A stretch of DNA of 64,000 nt from an uncultured archaeon. GTDB lineage: Archaea; Thermoproteota; Nitrososphaeria; Nitrososphaerales; Gagatemarchaeaceae. Positions within the stretch are counted from its first letter, which is position 1; the number at the start of each line of letters is the position of its first letter. Both the position numbers and the translations under genes were made by a program. The notes beneath the pieces are model-generated. The model searched no databases and was not told the origin of the DNA. It saw only the letters and a list, made by a program, of their open reading frames with translations. The stretch covers positions 352,001 to 416,000 of the forward strand of contig CAWFOU010000001.1 in NCBI GenBank assembly GCA_963817525.1, in the 5' to 3' direction. This document shows, in pieces, positions 1 to 9,293 of this stretch.

Positions 1-101
1 AGAGCTGGATATCAGGGCGAGACGTTCCAGGTTGCGGTGCCACAGATTGTGGTCCAACCCAATGCCATCACCTATATCACAATATCAATAGCCTCCGGCG
101 A
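1..101 (+). pseudogene. 5' part (truncated at window edge) of a host gene interrupted by the IS6 transposon
   Basis: Frame 1 reads RAGYQGETFQVAVPQIVVQPNAITYITISIASG up to the TSD. Removing the element restores the frame into 2435-2527. Confidence 0.7.
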
Positions 102-179
102 GGCTCTGGTAAGTTGATTGGACATTAGGCTTTCGACTTCTCCCTGTTAAGGCTCTGGACATGGCTCGCCTCGCAGAGC

Positions 180-467
180 ATGTTTATTTTGGAGGGTGCA
201 GATTCCGCCATCATGGAGCGGAGTCTGATATATCGCTCTGGATGGGCGATGGTCGTGGTAGGGTTGCTGCTCATTGTTGCAATCCCATACGAGAGTTTGA
301 TTCCAGCCCCTAACGGCTCTGCCCGTAGCCCCCCTAACTTTGCGTTAGCATGGGTTGGGTTGGCAATTGTCGGGGTCGGCTTTCTGCTAACTCGCCTCAC
401 AAAGTCAAAGCAGGAGGTCATTCCGTCTTCTCCTGAACCTTCTCAAGATGGCTCGCGTTCTGGATGA
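180..467 (+). CDS. small 2-TM membrane protein (transposon passenger)
   Basis: ORF with two hydrophobic segments, inside the TIRs. Start uncertain. Confidence 0.5.
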   Translation: MFILEGADSAIMERSLIYRSGWAMVVVGLLLIVAIPYESLIPAPNGSARSPPNFALAWVGLAIVGVGFLLTRLTKSKQEVIPSSPEPSQDGSRSG

Positions 468-1571
468 TTGTCAGCCATTTGTTGCGGCCCTCGACTGTTA
501 TCCCGCAAGCCTCGGCGGGAGTCTTCCCATCAAGGCCCTCGTGCGGCCTAACGAAATTGTGGTAAATCTGGTAGCCCTTCAAGGCCGCCGAGTCTGTGGT
601 CTTTAGGCCTCGCATGGTCTTCTCTCTGTCGCGTATCTCCCCATTCATGCGTTCCATCTTGTTGTTGTTCATGTCGCCCGCCATCCGGATGTGCTTGATG
701 TGGATAGGGCTCTCTACCTCTCCGTAGGGGTGGGAGAACTCCTTCCGGTAGGCGTCGTGGAAGTTGTTGGCCCCGTCGCTGATGAAGGTCTTCGGAACCT
801 TGCCCGTCCTCTGAATCGCGTCCTTGAACATGGGCCTTACATCGCTCGTCCCCTTGTTGTCGGCTACCTGTTGCGCTATCCAGAAGCGGCTCTCGTCGTC
901 CATCATGGCGAAGAGATAATTCATGTTACCCTTCACTTTGAGATAGAGTTCGTCCGTCCTCCATGTGTCGGAGACGTTCGGGGTAATCTGGCTCAGATAC
1001 TTCTCCATCAGGCCGACATATTTCCTCATCCAGTTGAGGACGGTAACATGCGACACGTTCACGCCTTGCAGCCTCAGAAACTTCTGGACGTTGCGAAGGC
1101 TCTCTCCGGTGAAGTAGAGTTGCATCGCGGAGGTTATGGATTGGGGAGTCGCCCTCATCCCCTCGAACCCGAGATTGAGGGTGAACCGCTTGCCGCATTG
1201 CTTGCATGAGTATCGCTGGATGTCTCCGCTCTTGTTGTGGAGAAGGCCGTGCTTCACGACCCGCTCAGAGCCGCACGACAGGCAAGCCTGAAAGTCGAGC
1301 GGCACGATTCTCTTGGCGTTCTCTATTCGCCGCCGAATCTCAAGCGAGAGTTCGACGCCGAAGATGTGCTTGCACTTCTGCTCTCGGAAAACGAAGTCGG
1401 GGCAGGAGCAATTCCACCCCGATTCGGTGTGGAGAGGACGACATACTCTCCCGAGCCTGATTGGCTCTTGACGCGATACTCGTTAGCGTCAAGCCTTCTG
1501 ACGTTGCTCTCAGTCTGGGCTATTGTCTGGCCTCTCATCCTTCTAACCTCGGCTTCTTGTTGGGTCGCCAT
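418..1571 (-). pseudogene. IS6-family DDE transposase with N-terminal SWIM finger and Zn ribbon; +2 frameshift near 1428
   Basis: Motifs WRTDELY, FAMMDD, FISDG, NNNKMERMNG and CxxC...CxxC. The frame extends upstream to ESGWNCSCPDF...CKH (SWIM) and joins ORF 1323-1571 if an extra AC dinucleotide is removed. Confidence 0.85.
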
Positions 1572-1577
1572 GTGCGT

Positions 1578-1643
1578 ATCGACATCAATGGGTGTATATC
1601 GTATCTCTTATAAAGGTGTCTATACACACCTATTGCTGTCGAT
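1578..1643. promoter_or_regulatory. imperfect inverted repeat around a TATA-like box between the divergent transposase and RHH genes
   Basis: ATCGACATCAATGGGTGTATA (1578-1598) vs TATACACACCTATTGCTGTCGAT (1621-1643), with CTTATAAA in the spacer. Confidence 0.65.
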
Positions 1644-1647
1644 AAAG

Positions 1648-1782
1648 ATGATGAAACGCTACAACGTAGCCATGACCGAAGAGATGGAGGCCGCTCTTGA
1701 GAAGGAGCGGAGGAAACGCCTACTGGACTCGATACCAGAAACGATAAGGACGATTCTGAGTGAGCATTTAGCAAAGTCCTAA
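1648..1782 (+). CDS. small ribbon-helix-helix-like DNA-binding protein
   Basis: MMKRYNVAMTEEMEAALEKERRKRLLDSIPETIRTILSEHLAKS has a beta-alpha-alpha pattern. Confidence 0.65.
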   Translation: MMKRYNVAMTEEMEAALEKERRKRLLDSIPETIRTILSEHLAKS

Positions 1783-1784
1783 AA

Positions 1785-2237
1785 TTGAAGTTCACGCCCC
1801 TATACCTCTTCGGAAAGGCTCGTCTGCCTGCCGCAATAACGGCGATGTGGATTGCACTTTTCTTCATTGGAAGCGTCCTGTCAATTACCGTCTGGGCAGA
1901 GTTCGTCGCTTTCATCGTTGGATTCGTTGTTGCAGACCTCGTGTATGATTGGGTCATGAAGAAACGCGACCCTCGGACGCAGACCGATATGTTCCTGAAC
2001 TACTTTGTTGCTGTGATAGGCGGGTCGCTGATTGCCGAATACGCATCTTACAACTCCATCTCGACCCTGAATTTCTTTTACTCACTCGTCCCTACTCTCC
2101 CTCTCTGGGCTCGCAATGACTTTGTGGTTGCAATTGGGACGACTCTGGAGGTGATTCTTGGGTTTGGAGCGAGTTGGAGGCTTCTTGCAATCGATAGAAA
2201 GCTACGAAAGCGGCCCCCGAAACTGCTGCGGCAGTGA
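1785..2237 (+). CDS. multi-pass membrane protein (transposon passenger)
   Basis: About 4 hydrophobic helices. Starts 2 nt after the RHH stop. Confidence 0.6.
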   Translation: MKFTPLYLFGKARLPAAITAMWIALFFIGSVLSITVWAEFVAFIVGFVVADLVYDWVMKKRDPRTQTDMFLNYFVAVIGGSLIAEYASYNSISTLNFFYSLVPTLPLWARNDFVVAIGTTLEVILGFGASWRLLAIDRKLRKRPPKLLRQ

Positions 2238-2385
2238 TGTATAGCGTATCGCTGGACGACGCCCCGAGGTAGTTGCCGAGCAAAATTCCGGCTATCAGTC
2301 CGACACACCAACCCAGAAGTATTCCTATGAATGGCCCTGCCTGATTGAGCGGGTCATCCTCCCAATTGGGGCCATGTCCAGCCAC
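2092..2385 (-). CDS. possible small 2-TM protein (passenger)
   Basis: Hydrophobic N-terminal half, but overlaps the convergent ORF by 146 nt. Confidence 0.35.
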   Translation of the reverse strand: MAGHGPNWEDDPLNQAGPFIGILLGWCVGLIAGILLGNYLGASSSDTLYITAAAVSGAAFVAFYRLQEASNSLQTQESPPESSQLQPQSHCEPREGE

Positions 2386-2434
2386 TTAACAGGCCTCCTC
2401 CGTCTGGCCTGTGGCCAGACAACTTACCAGAGCC

Positions 2435-2527
2435 TCCGGCGAGGTGGTAGAGCTCACCGTAGCTTGCGAACCGGGAAACGCCTGCTCATCCGCAACAGCT
2501 ACCATCAGCGGCTCGGGCGTGGGCTGA
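2435..2527 (+). pseudogene. 3' part of the interrupted host gene
   Basis: Reads SGEVVELTVACEPGNACSSATATISGSGVG* from the TSD, in register with 1-101. Confidence 0.65.
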
Positions 2528-2583
2528 AGATTCTACCAAAAGTGGATGTAGTGGGAAGGGCGTCAATCTCAGAGTGGAGAGCC

Positions 2584-3072
2584 GTGTCGACCAAGCCGTC
2601 CTCTCCAGACAAGCCGAATGACCAGAAGGGGCTCAAGCCTAAGCCAGAGTTCCCATCTCGAGACGCTCTGAGCGGGACGACACGCCGCGTCTTTCGCTAC
2701 ATCTACAGGAAGGGGCCCGTGAGGCTCCACGAGATCCAGCGCGATCTCGGGCTCTCTTCGCCGTCCCTCGCGGATTACCACGTGCAGAAGCTCCTCGAAA
2801 TGAAGATGATCCGTCGGGAAAACGAGGGCGACCTGCCTGGATTCGTAGCGGAGGAGGCGGTCTTCGAGGCGATGGTGAGGATACGACGGACGGTCATTCC
2901 CCTGCGGGCGACCTCTTCGGCGTTCTTCGCTTTGGCCCTGGTTCTGCTCTTGACGATACTCAGGCCAGGATACATCGGGTCGACATATGTGTTCTCGCTC
3001 TTGGTGGTGGCAGTCGCTCTCTTGATTTCGATATACGAGACGGTCAAAGGTCTGAGTAGCCAGGGCATCTGA
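2584..3072 (+). CDS. membrane-anchored winged-HTH (ArsR-like) regulator
   Basis: HTH-like VRLHEIQRDLGLSSPSLADYHVQKL plus two C-terminal TM helices. GTG start at 2584 inferred. Confidence 0.75.
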   Translation: MSTKPSSPDKPNDQKGLKPKPEFPSRDALSGTTRRVFRYIYRKGPVRLHEIQRDLGLSSPSLADYHVQKLLEMKMIRRENEGDLPGFVAEEAVFEAMVRIRRTVIPLRATSSAFFALALVLLLTILRPGYIGSTYVFSLLVVAVALLISIYETVKGLSSQGI

Positions 3073-3200
3073 GACCGAGACATGAGTGAACCACTTGGGC
3101 GCGATGAACCCGTATGCACGGCAACTTAATCGCTTTCTCACATCGATGTTTGTTCTATCAGGTTCAATAGCCACCACTACATTCGAACCCTGAGGAAGCT

Positions 3201-4343
3201 ATGAGGAAGGAGGCAACAGCGGCGGTCATCGCGATTCTGGTCGTGGCGAGCCTTGGCATCGGCTATCTGGCCGAGAACCCAAGCCGGCAGACTCCCACCT
3301 CAACGTCGACTTCCCAGCAAACGACGGCCTCGACCTCCATCGAAGAGAGCTCCACGGCCTCCAGCGCCGCCATCTCGACCGTGTCTTCATCGGGGCTCGA
3401 ACTCGGGCTCGACCTCAACGCGACGGCGATGGAACCTGGGCAGACCCTCGGGGCGAACGTAACCCTCTTCAACACGTTCGACGAAAACCTCTCGCTTCCC
3501 CTCAGCGCCCCGGCGAACCTCAAAAGCCAAATCGCGGCCTGGAACGATGACGACTTTGAGTGCGGCAAGGGAGGCCCCGGCCTCGCTTCCTACGTGGCCG
3601 GCTTCGCGCTCTTCAAGGGCGATGTCTCTGCCGACAACCTCTCCTTAGCGCCCGCCCCCCTTCAGTTGGCTGAGGCGGTCCCGTTGTGCGACGTCTCCCT
3701 GCTCCTCACCGAGAACGAATCGATCGTGTTCCTGCCCCACAGCGAGAATGCTTTCATACCCGGAGCCGATCCCTTCGTGACCCCGACCACGCTCAACGTG
3801 ACGACGTCGTGTTACCAGGGGTGCTCCCGCGGCTCGGGGCTCTTCGGCTACTGGAACAGAACCAGCTACACATGCTGCGACCTGAGCGCGAACGCTCCGG
3901 ACCTCTTCCGCTACCTCACTCCCGGCGCGTACACCATCGCGGCCGAGGACCTCTGGGGCCAGACGGTCTTCGCGTATTTCGAGGTAACTGAAGCCCCCGG
4001 CCCGTCACTGGCCGTCTTGGCCCAAGAGTCTCCCTTCAGCAGCGAGGCACACCCCATCATCGGCATCACCTTGGCCGACTTCGCCGACGCGCCGATCACG
4101 TCCCTGAATGCGACCCTTCGATTCGTCGCCCCTTCGAACTCGACCGCGGGTCAGTTCACCTTCGGCGCGAACTCTTCCAACCCCTTGCTGCCCGGTCAGT
4201 ACGTTCAAGACGTCAGGACGTTTCAGGGCAACCTATTCGACATCGGCGTGAGCTACCCTCTGACGATATCTGGGACACTTGCGAACGGCACAGAGTTCGC
4301 TTACACCCAGCAAATCCAGTTCGTGAACTCGGCCCCTTCTTAG
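3201..4343 (+). CDS. membrane-anchored extracellular protein with Ser/Thr linker
   Basis: N-terminal TM, S/T stalk, Cys pairs, motif PGAYTIAAEDLWG. Confidence 0.8.
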   Translation: MRKEATAAVIAILVVASLGIGYLAENPSRQTPTSTSTSQQTTASTSIEESSTASSAAISTVSSSGLELGLDLNATAMEPGQTLGANVTLFNTFDENLSLPLSAPANLKSQIAAWNDDDFECGKGGPGLASYVAGFALFKGDVSADNLSLAPAPLQLAEAVPLCDVSLLLTENESIVFLPHSENAFIPGADPFVTPTTLNVTTSCYQGCSRGSGLFGYWNRTSYTCCDLSANAPDLFRYLTPGAYTIAAEDLWGQTVFAYFEVTEAPGPSLAVLAQESPFSSEAHPIIGITLADFADAPITSLNATLRFVAPSNSTAGQFTFGANSSNPLLPGQYVQDVRTFQGNLFDIGVSYPLTISGTLANGTEFAYTQQIQFVNSAPS

Positions 4344-4349
4344 TAGCAA

Positions 4350-5863
4350 CCGGCGGAGGCGCAATGAACCCTCTACACGGGTAGCCTATGTCAACGGAAG
4401 GCGAAGACGCCGTTGTTCCCATCCACGGCGATTAGGCCGCCGGCGACTATCGGCTCCGAGACGTAGCCCTCGCCCAGGCCGGTGAAGTGCCAAAGTTGGG
4501 CTCCGTTGCTTGCGTCGAACTGGTATAGGGTCCCGGTGGAGTCCGCGATGAAGACCGAACCGTCCACGACTGTCGGGGTGCTCGTCTGGAAGGATGCCAG
4601 GGGAGCCTTCCACGCTATCGAGCCATTGGAGGCGTCTATCGCGTAGAGCCCTCCCGAGGTCCCTAGGAACACCTTCCCATAGCCGACCGCAGAGGACGCC
4701 CTGAGGTTGACTATCCCCACGCCCAGGCTCCTGGCCCAGACCTCGTTCCCGTTGGTGGCGTTCAGGGCGAAGACGTGTCCGTCCGTAGTGGTCACGAAGA
4801 GCTCGCCGTATGCGAGAGGCGGGGTCTGCACGACGCCATTGGGGAGAGTGAGGTCTATTGTTGTCGTCCGGTTGCCCGAGGTGGTCACATACTGTGTCGT
4901 CGACGACGTGGAGTTGAGGCCCTGCGGGAAGGCCTTCTTCCAAAGGACCGCCCCGGAGTCCGCCGCGAAGGCGACGATCGTGCTATTGTCAACGACGGAA
5001 TAGACTATGCGGCCGTCAGTGGTCGGATAGCCCGCGAAAGACTGTGTGGCTAGGTCCACTTCCCAAAGGTTCTTGCCCGAGGTCAGGTTCACTGCAAGGA
5101 TCGAGCTTTCAGGGGCTGGCGGCTGGTCGAATTCTCCCCGCTCTGCGGTGATGTAAGCCGTGTCGCCGCAGATGGCGGCGCTACCGAGCGTCGTGACGTT
5201 CCCCACCGGTGCGCTCGCTCCGGTGGTCGCATTGAACGCGTAGAAGCCCCCGGTGTTCGCGCCCAGATACACTGTCTTGCCGTCCGAGGCGATTGGAGGG
5301 GCAGGCCCCGCGCCGGTCGTCTCCGTCCAGAGTCCCCTTCCGCTAGACATGTTGATCGCGAAGAGCCAGTAGCCTGCCACGAAGAGCTCCGTCTGCGTCG
5401 CCGCCATCTCTGAGAAGCCGCTCTTGTTCTGCCAGACTAGCTGCCCCGCAAATCTCCCCGCAGCCGATGACGAGAAGTTGAAGGGAGAGTAACCCGTCCT
5501 TTGTGAGTCGTGCTTGAACGTCAGCCACTCGTCAGCAAAGGCAGCGCCGACGCTGCAGTTTCCGTTCTCGGGTGACGGGGCGCCGCTCGCCTGTGAGGCG
5601 GACGAACCCGTGCTGGTCTTGGTTCCACCTCGCGGTGCTCCCAGGTAGGAAGAGGCGATGACGCCGGCCAAGACCACGATTGCGACGACCGCAATGGCTG
5701 CCGCAGACCTGCCGATGGCATCCCGGGATTGTGTGAGCATATAATTCTGTGGGCAGAAGCGCCTGAATCTCATTAATACATTTGTCCGAACGCCATGGAG
5801 TTCTGTGGCAGCGTGAAGAGGAGCGATTTCGCCATGCATAGGGGTTTATTGCGCCTCCGCCGG
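4350..5863. repeat. 22-bp inverted repeats flanking the PQQ-repeat gene
   Basis: CCGGCGGAGGCGCAATGAACCC (4350-4371) vs reverse complement of 5842-5863: 21/22 identical. Confidence 0.75.
4391..5740 (-). CDS. PQQ-like/BamB-type beta-propeller repeat protein, membrane-anchored
   Basis: Repeated A(I/L)D/NAxxGxxxW motifs, WLTFKHDSQRTG, N-terminal TM. ATG 5740 preferred over 5839. Confidence 0.85.
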   Translation of the reverse strand: MLTQSRDAIGRSAAAIAVVAIVVLAGVIASSYLGAPRGGTKTSTGSSASQASGAPSPENGNCSVGAAFADEWLTFKHDSQRTGYSPFNFSSSAAGRFAGQLVWQNKSGFSEMAATQTELFVAGYWLFAINMSSGRGLWTETTGAGPAPPIASDGKTVYLGANTGGFYAFNATTGASAPVGNVTTLGSAAICGDTAYITAERGEFDQPPAPESSILAVNLTSGKNLWEVDLATQSFAGYPTTDGRIVYSVVDNSTIVAFAADSGAVLWKKAFPQGLNSTSSTTQYVTTSGNRTTTIDLTLPNGVVQTPPLAYGELFVTTTDGHVFALNATNGNEVWARSLGVGIVNLRASSAVGYGKVFLGTSGGLYAIDASNGSIAWKAPLASFQTSTPTVVDGSVFIADSTGTLYQFDASNGAQLWHFTGLGEGYVSEPIVAGGLIAVDGNNGVFAFR

Positions 5864-5883
5864 AGCCTGAGCTGCGGGCTGGA

Positions 5884-6012
5884 CTAAGGACCCGCCGCTA
5901 TTGCGCTCCCGACCACGACGATAATTACGACGACTAGAATTGCTACGATGACGCCAATCACGACCAATGACTTGGCCCACTCCTTCACGAAATACTTGAG
6001 ACCGGCGTTCAC
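5884..6012 (-). CDS. 42-aa single-TM peptide (not in ORF track)
   Basis: GTG-NAGLKYFVKEWAKSLVVIGVIVAILVVVIIVVVGSAIAAGP*. Confidence 0.45.
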   Translation of the reverse strand: MNAGLKYFVKEWAKSLVVIGVIVAILVVVIIVVVGSAIAAGP

Positions 6013-6132
6013 ACTGACCGCCACTCGCCGCGAAGATCCGAGCAGAAGCATGATGTTGGCCGACCTGTCCGGACTTCGGCACGACGCTTCACGACGGTTT
6101 TACGACGCACGGCCCTATATACCTCATGGCGA

Positions 6133-6786
6133 CTAAGGGAAGCTGAACGGTGCCTCGATCGTCGTTGCATTCGGGAAATCGGTCGGGTTGGTGCTCGCTC
6201 CAGCGTTCGTCGTGTCGTTGAACTCTAAACTCGCGATGAGGCTCCCGACCACGCCTTGCTCATACTCGAAGCCGTCCCCGCAGGATGGAGCATAAATCGT
6301 GTAGTTCTGGCCGTGGTTCAATCGCACGATCTGATAGGTTCCAGCGCATCGCAGGGAGGAGACTTGGAGGAGGACTGAAGAGTTTTGGGGAATTGAAGAG
6401 GCGAGCCCCGCGGAGCCGTCCGGGATATAGATGGGCGAGTTCCCCACGTTCTCGAAGGTGACCGCGAACTCGACGTAGGGCTCCCCGTTCCCGCCGCTGC
6501 AAGCCCCGCAGCTCGCACTCATCGCCTCTACGGATTCAATCTTCACCGAGTCGGTCGAGGTGGACACGAACACCGTGCAAGGCGTGTCGAAGGGACAGGG
6601 ACCCGGGAACGACGCAAAAGTGGCGGAGCTTGTTGTGGAGGAGCCTCCAGGGTTAGTTGCAGCTGCCTCGACAGAACTGGCTTTCGATTCGAGGTTGGCG
6701 ACCTGATAGTATTCTCCCAGCGCCAGCGAAGCGAAGACAAGCGTCGCGGCCACGAAGACGATGAGGGCGACGTTCTTGAGGTTCAT
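6133..6786 (-). CDS. membrane-anchored extracellular Cys-containing protein
   Basis: MNLKNVALIVFVAATLVFASLALGEY anchor, S/T linker. TATA-like box upstream of ATG 6786. Confidence 0.75.
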   Translation of the reverse strand: MNLKNVALIVFVAATLVFASLALGEYYQVANLESKASSVEAAATNPGGSSTTSSATFASFPGPCPFDTPCTVFVSTSTDSVKIESVEAMSASCGACSGGNGEPYVEFAVTFENVGNSPIYIPDGSAGLASSIPQNSSVLLQVSSLRCAGTYQIVRLNHGQNYTIYAPSCGDGFEYEQGVVGSLIASLEFNDTTNAGASTNPTDFPNATTIEAPFSFP

Positions 6787-6911
6787 GTGCTTGGAAGGCT
6801 TGCCCGATTTTCTTTTATACCTTTGTCCGAACGTGCCTGGTCGCAATTTGGGGATCATGAACAAAGCATCCAAAGCTTGAAGAGCCGCCCGACGATTCAA
6901 CGCAGCCAGAG

Positions 6912-7601
6912 TTGAACTTCAGGTCCGCGGTGCTGGGTCTCTTCGTGGCGCTGACGATAGTTCTTGCATCGACCACAGTCTACGAGTCGGGCATCAGAAC
7001 CACGCTGACGTCGACGAGCACGTCTACGAATACCCTGACGCTGTCTTCTGTCGTTCTCGGAAGCACGGCAGTCGCCTTGAACTCCTCGGACCACCTGGGC
7101 CTCAGCGCTCAAGTCGAGCCCGGCCTCAACGGGAGCTACACATTCATTGTCAGGGAATCAAACCTCCTGAACTCTGTGGACAATGTCACGGGGGCCACGG
7201 CCATCGAATGGAGGTATCCCCAGAATTCGTTGGAGCCGTACCCTCCCGTTCTCTACGGGGAAGTCGTGGAACTTGCAGTCGTCCAGGGGCACTACGGGGG
7301 AAACAACTACACTTCGAGTAAAGCCCTGATGTTCTACAGCGGCCCATGTACATGCGCCCCACAGACGGAACTCGGTGGCAGCCCAGCCGTGTACCACTTC
7401 CTGCCTCTGAATGACACCGTCTCGACCTATCCGGGGTCATACAGCTTTGCGGCATCTGCGAGTGTCACGACTACCGGGTATTGGACCATCGGCCAGAATG
7501 GTGTCGGCGGGGGCTTCAAGCCCTTCCCTCCGGGGGCCTACACCGTGATCGGGGCAGACGAGTGGGGGGACGTGGTGCTCCTCCAAGCCTTCCTGGAGTG
7601 A
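6912..7601 (+). CDS. membrane-anchored extracellular protein, paralogue of 3201-4343
   Basis: N-terminal TM; shared GYW and PGAYTVIGADEWG motifs. Confidence 0.75.
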   Translation: MNFRSAVLGLFVALTIVLASTTVYESGIRTTLTSTSTSTNTLTLSSVVLGSTAVALNSSDHLGLSAQVEPGLNGSYTFIVRESNLLNSVDNVTGATAIEWRYPQNSLEPYPPVLYGEVVELAVVQGHYGGNNYTSSKALMFYSGPCTCAPQTELGGSPAVYHFLPLNDTVSTYPGSYSFAASASVTTTGYWTIGQNGVGGGFKPFPPGAYTVIGADEWGDVVLLQAFLE

Positions 7602-7678
7602 CTGCAAGGAGCCCAGAAACAAGTTCCTAGCGTGTACCAAAATTGCGTGGCAAAACCGCTAATACCGCCCGTGCGTAA

Positions 7679-8626
7679 ATGAGGCCAATGCGCAAAGGGG
7701 AAGGGTCGAGTCTGAAGGACCGGGCCGCGCTGGTCTTCGCCCTCGTGGTGATTGCGGGCGTCGCGCTCGTGGGCGCCTATTCGGCCGTCAACCCGACGGC
7801 TTCGTCGTCCTCGAATGGTCAATCCTGCGAGAATCCAGCCGCCGTGAGCCAGTCCTCGCCTTCCCAGGGCGGACTGCAGATCACGGTGGGCGGTCCCGTG
7901 ACGACGACCTTGCATCCCGAGTTCTTCAATACGTCGGTAGGTCCGCAGATCACGTTCACGGGGTGGGAAGCACTATCCGTCTACGTCCGCTCGAACGTGA
8001 CCGCGGACGTCTCCCTTGGCGTGTCGGACGTCCCGTGCGGAGTCTGGGCCGAGTTCGACCCATCGAGCCTCCAGAACGTGGGCATTGCCGGGGCGAGGAC
8101 GTCGCTGCTCCTGGCCGGAGCGGTGTCACTCTTGCCGCAGACCTCGAATCCAAGGAATTCCTCCTTGATAATCAACGCCTGGAGGGGAAACGGAGCATCA
8201 TCCGCGATAATACTCCCGGTAGTGCAGCAGGAAAACTTGACCGTTCTCCGATCCCCGGGTCCCGTGATCGAGGCGGGAATCCAAACCTCCTGGGGCGCCT
8301 ACACCACTGGTAACACGAGTGACGTCTTCGGCGTCGTGTACGATCCCGCAAACCCTCAGCAAGATCCGACGCTCAACGTGAGCCTTTCGGCGGCGGGGTT
8401 GATCCAGAACGGGTCCTTGGTCCGCCTGCCGAGCTGGATGCGAGTGAGCCTGCCCACGCCGTCCTTCATCCTTAACGCAAGCGAGCCGTACTACTTCGAG
8501 GTGGGAATCGCCACGCAACCGGCCCATTTCGGGAACTACGCGATATCACTGAGGGAAGACGTGAACGGGCAGCCCTTCACTGAGAGCGTGACGATCGAGA
8601 CCCACAACCCTCCTTCGTTTGGGTGA
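7679..8626 (+). CDS. membrane-anchored extracellular protein, paralogue of 10951-12408
   Basis: N-terminal TM; shared YDP...LPSW...PYYF...E.V.GQ.F pattern. Confidence 0.75.
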   Translation: MRPMRKGEGSSLKDRAALVFALVVIAGVALVGAYSAVNPTASSSSNGQSCENPAAVSQSSPSQGGLQITVGGPVTTTLHPEFFNTSVGPQITFTGWEALSVYVRSNVTADVSLGVSDVPCGVWAEFDPSSLQNVGIAGARTSLLLAGAVSLLPQTSNPRNSSLIINAWRGNGASSAIILPVVQQENLTVLRSPGPVIEAGIQTSWGAYTTGNTSDVFGVVYDPANPQQDPTLNVSLSAAGLIQNGSLVRLPSWMRVSLPTPSFILNASEPYYFEVGIATQPAHFGNYAISLREDVNGQPFTESVTIETHNPPSFG

Positions 8627-9030
8627 GGACAGAGATGGGTAAGCGCCTCAGCGGAAGGAGACGTTGGGCCGTTGGGATTGTCATCGTCCTCGTCATCGCA
8701 ATGTTCGGCGTCAGCTCGTTCATCACGACCTCCAAGATGATTGGTGATACCATCACCTGCGTCGATTCCAGCCTGACATATCCTGATTGCGGCGGAGCGG
8801 GCGAGCTCATAGCCACAGAATCCGTGACTTGCACGGGGTTCTGGACGCCATCGTATACGGTGGAAGGAAGCGGAGGGTATCCCTACGCCTACAGTAGCTA
8901 CTCTTATGGAATTTGCCTCATTGGCCACTGGTTCTCAAATGGGGTCTGCTCGACGATCTGCACAGAGACGGTCGCGACTACGCTTTCTTGGACAGTGGTG
9001 AACGGGACAACTCACCTGCTGCCCCGATAG
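8623..9030 (+). CDS. small Cys-rich membrane-anchored protein
   Basis: N-terminal TM, 6 Cys, GTGA overlap with the previous gene. Confidence 0.6.
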   Translation: MRTEMGKRLSGRRRWAVGIVIVLVIAMFGVSSFITTSKMIGDTITCVDSSLTYPDCGGAGELIATESVTCTGFWTPSYTVEGSGGYPYAYSSYSYGICLIGHWFSNGVCSTICTETVATTLSWTVVNGTTHLLPR

Positions 9031-9293
9031 TGACCGTCTGGAATACCCGAAGAAATAGGAGTCAACTGATTCCGTGCAAAAGTCAAGGTATGAATTCCCA
9101 CCTTTCTGGAAGCCTCCTTCCGGCGTCGCGGTTGAGCCGTCCTGTAAGCCGCCGAAGTCTGATTCGCCACGTTCGGAGGGAGGATACTAACGGTCAGGGT
9201 AGACCCAATCTTCCAGGAAGAATGGGAACAGAAGATTCAAAAGAATCTCAACGCCCAAGAATATCCTATCATGCCGAAACCCGGCGGTGCGGT

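Larger units (their letters stand above)
102..2434. mobile_element. IS6-family transposon with passenger genes (2333 bp)
   Basis: Perfect 15-bp TIRs GGCTCTGGTAAGTTG (102-116) and CAACTTACCAGAGCC (2420-2434). 8-bp TSD TCCGGCGA at 94-101 and 2435-2442. Internal DDE transposase. Confidence 0.93.
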
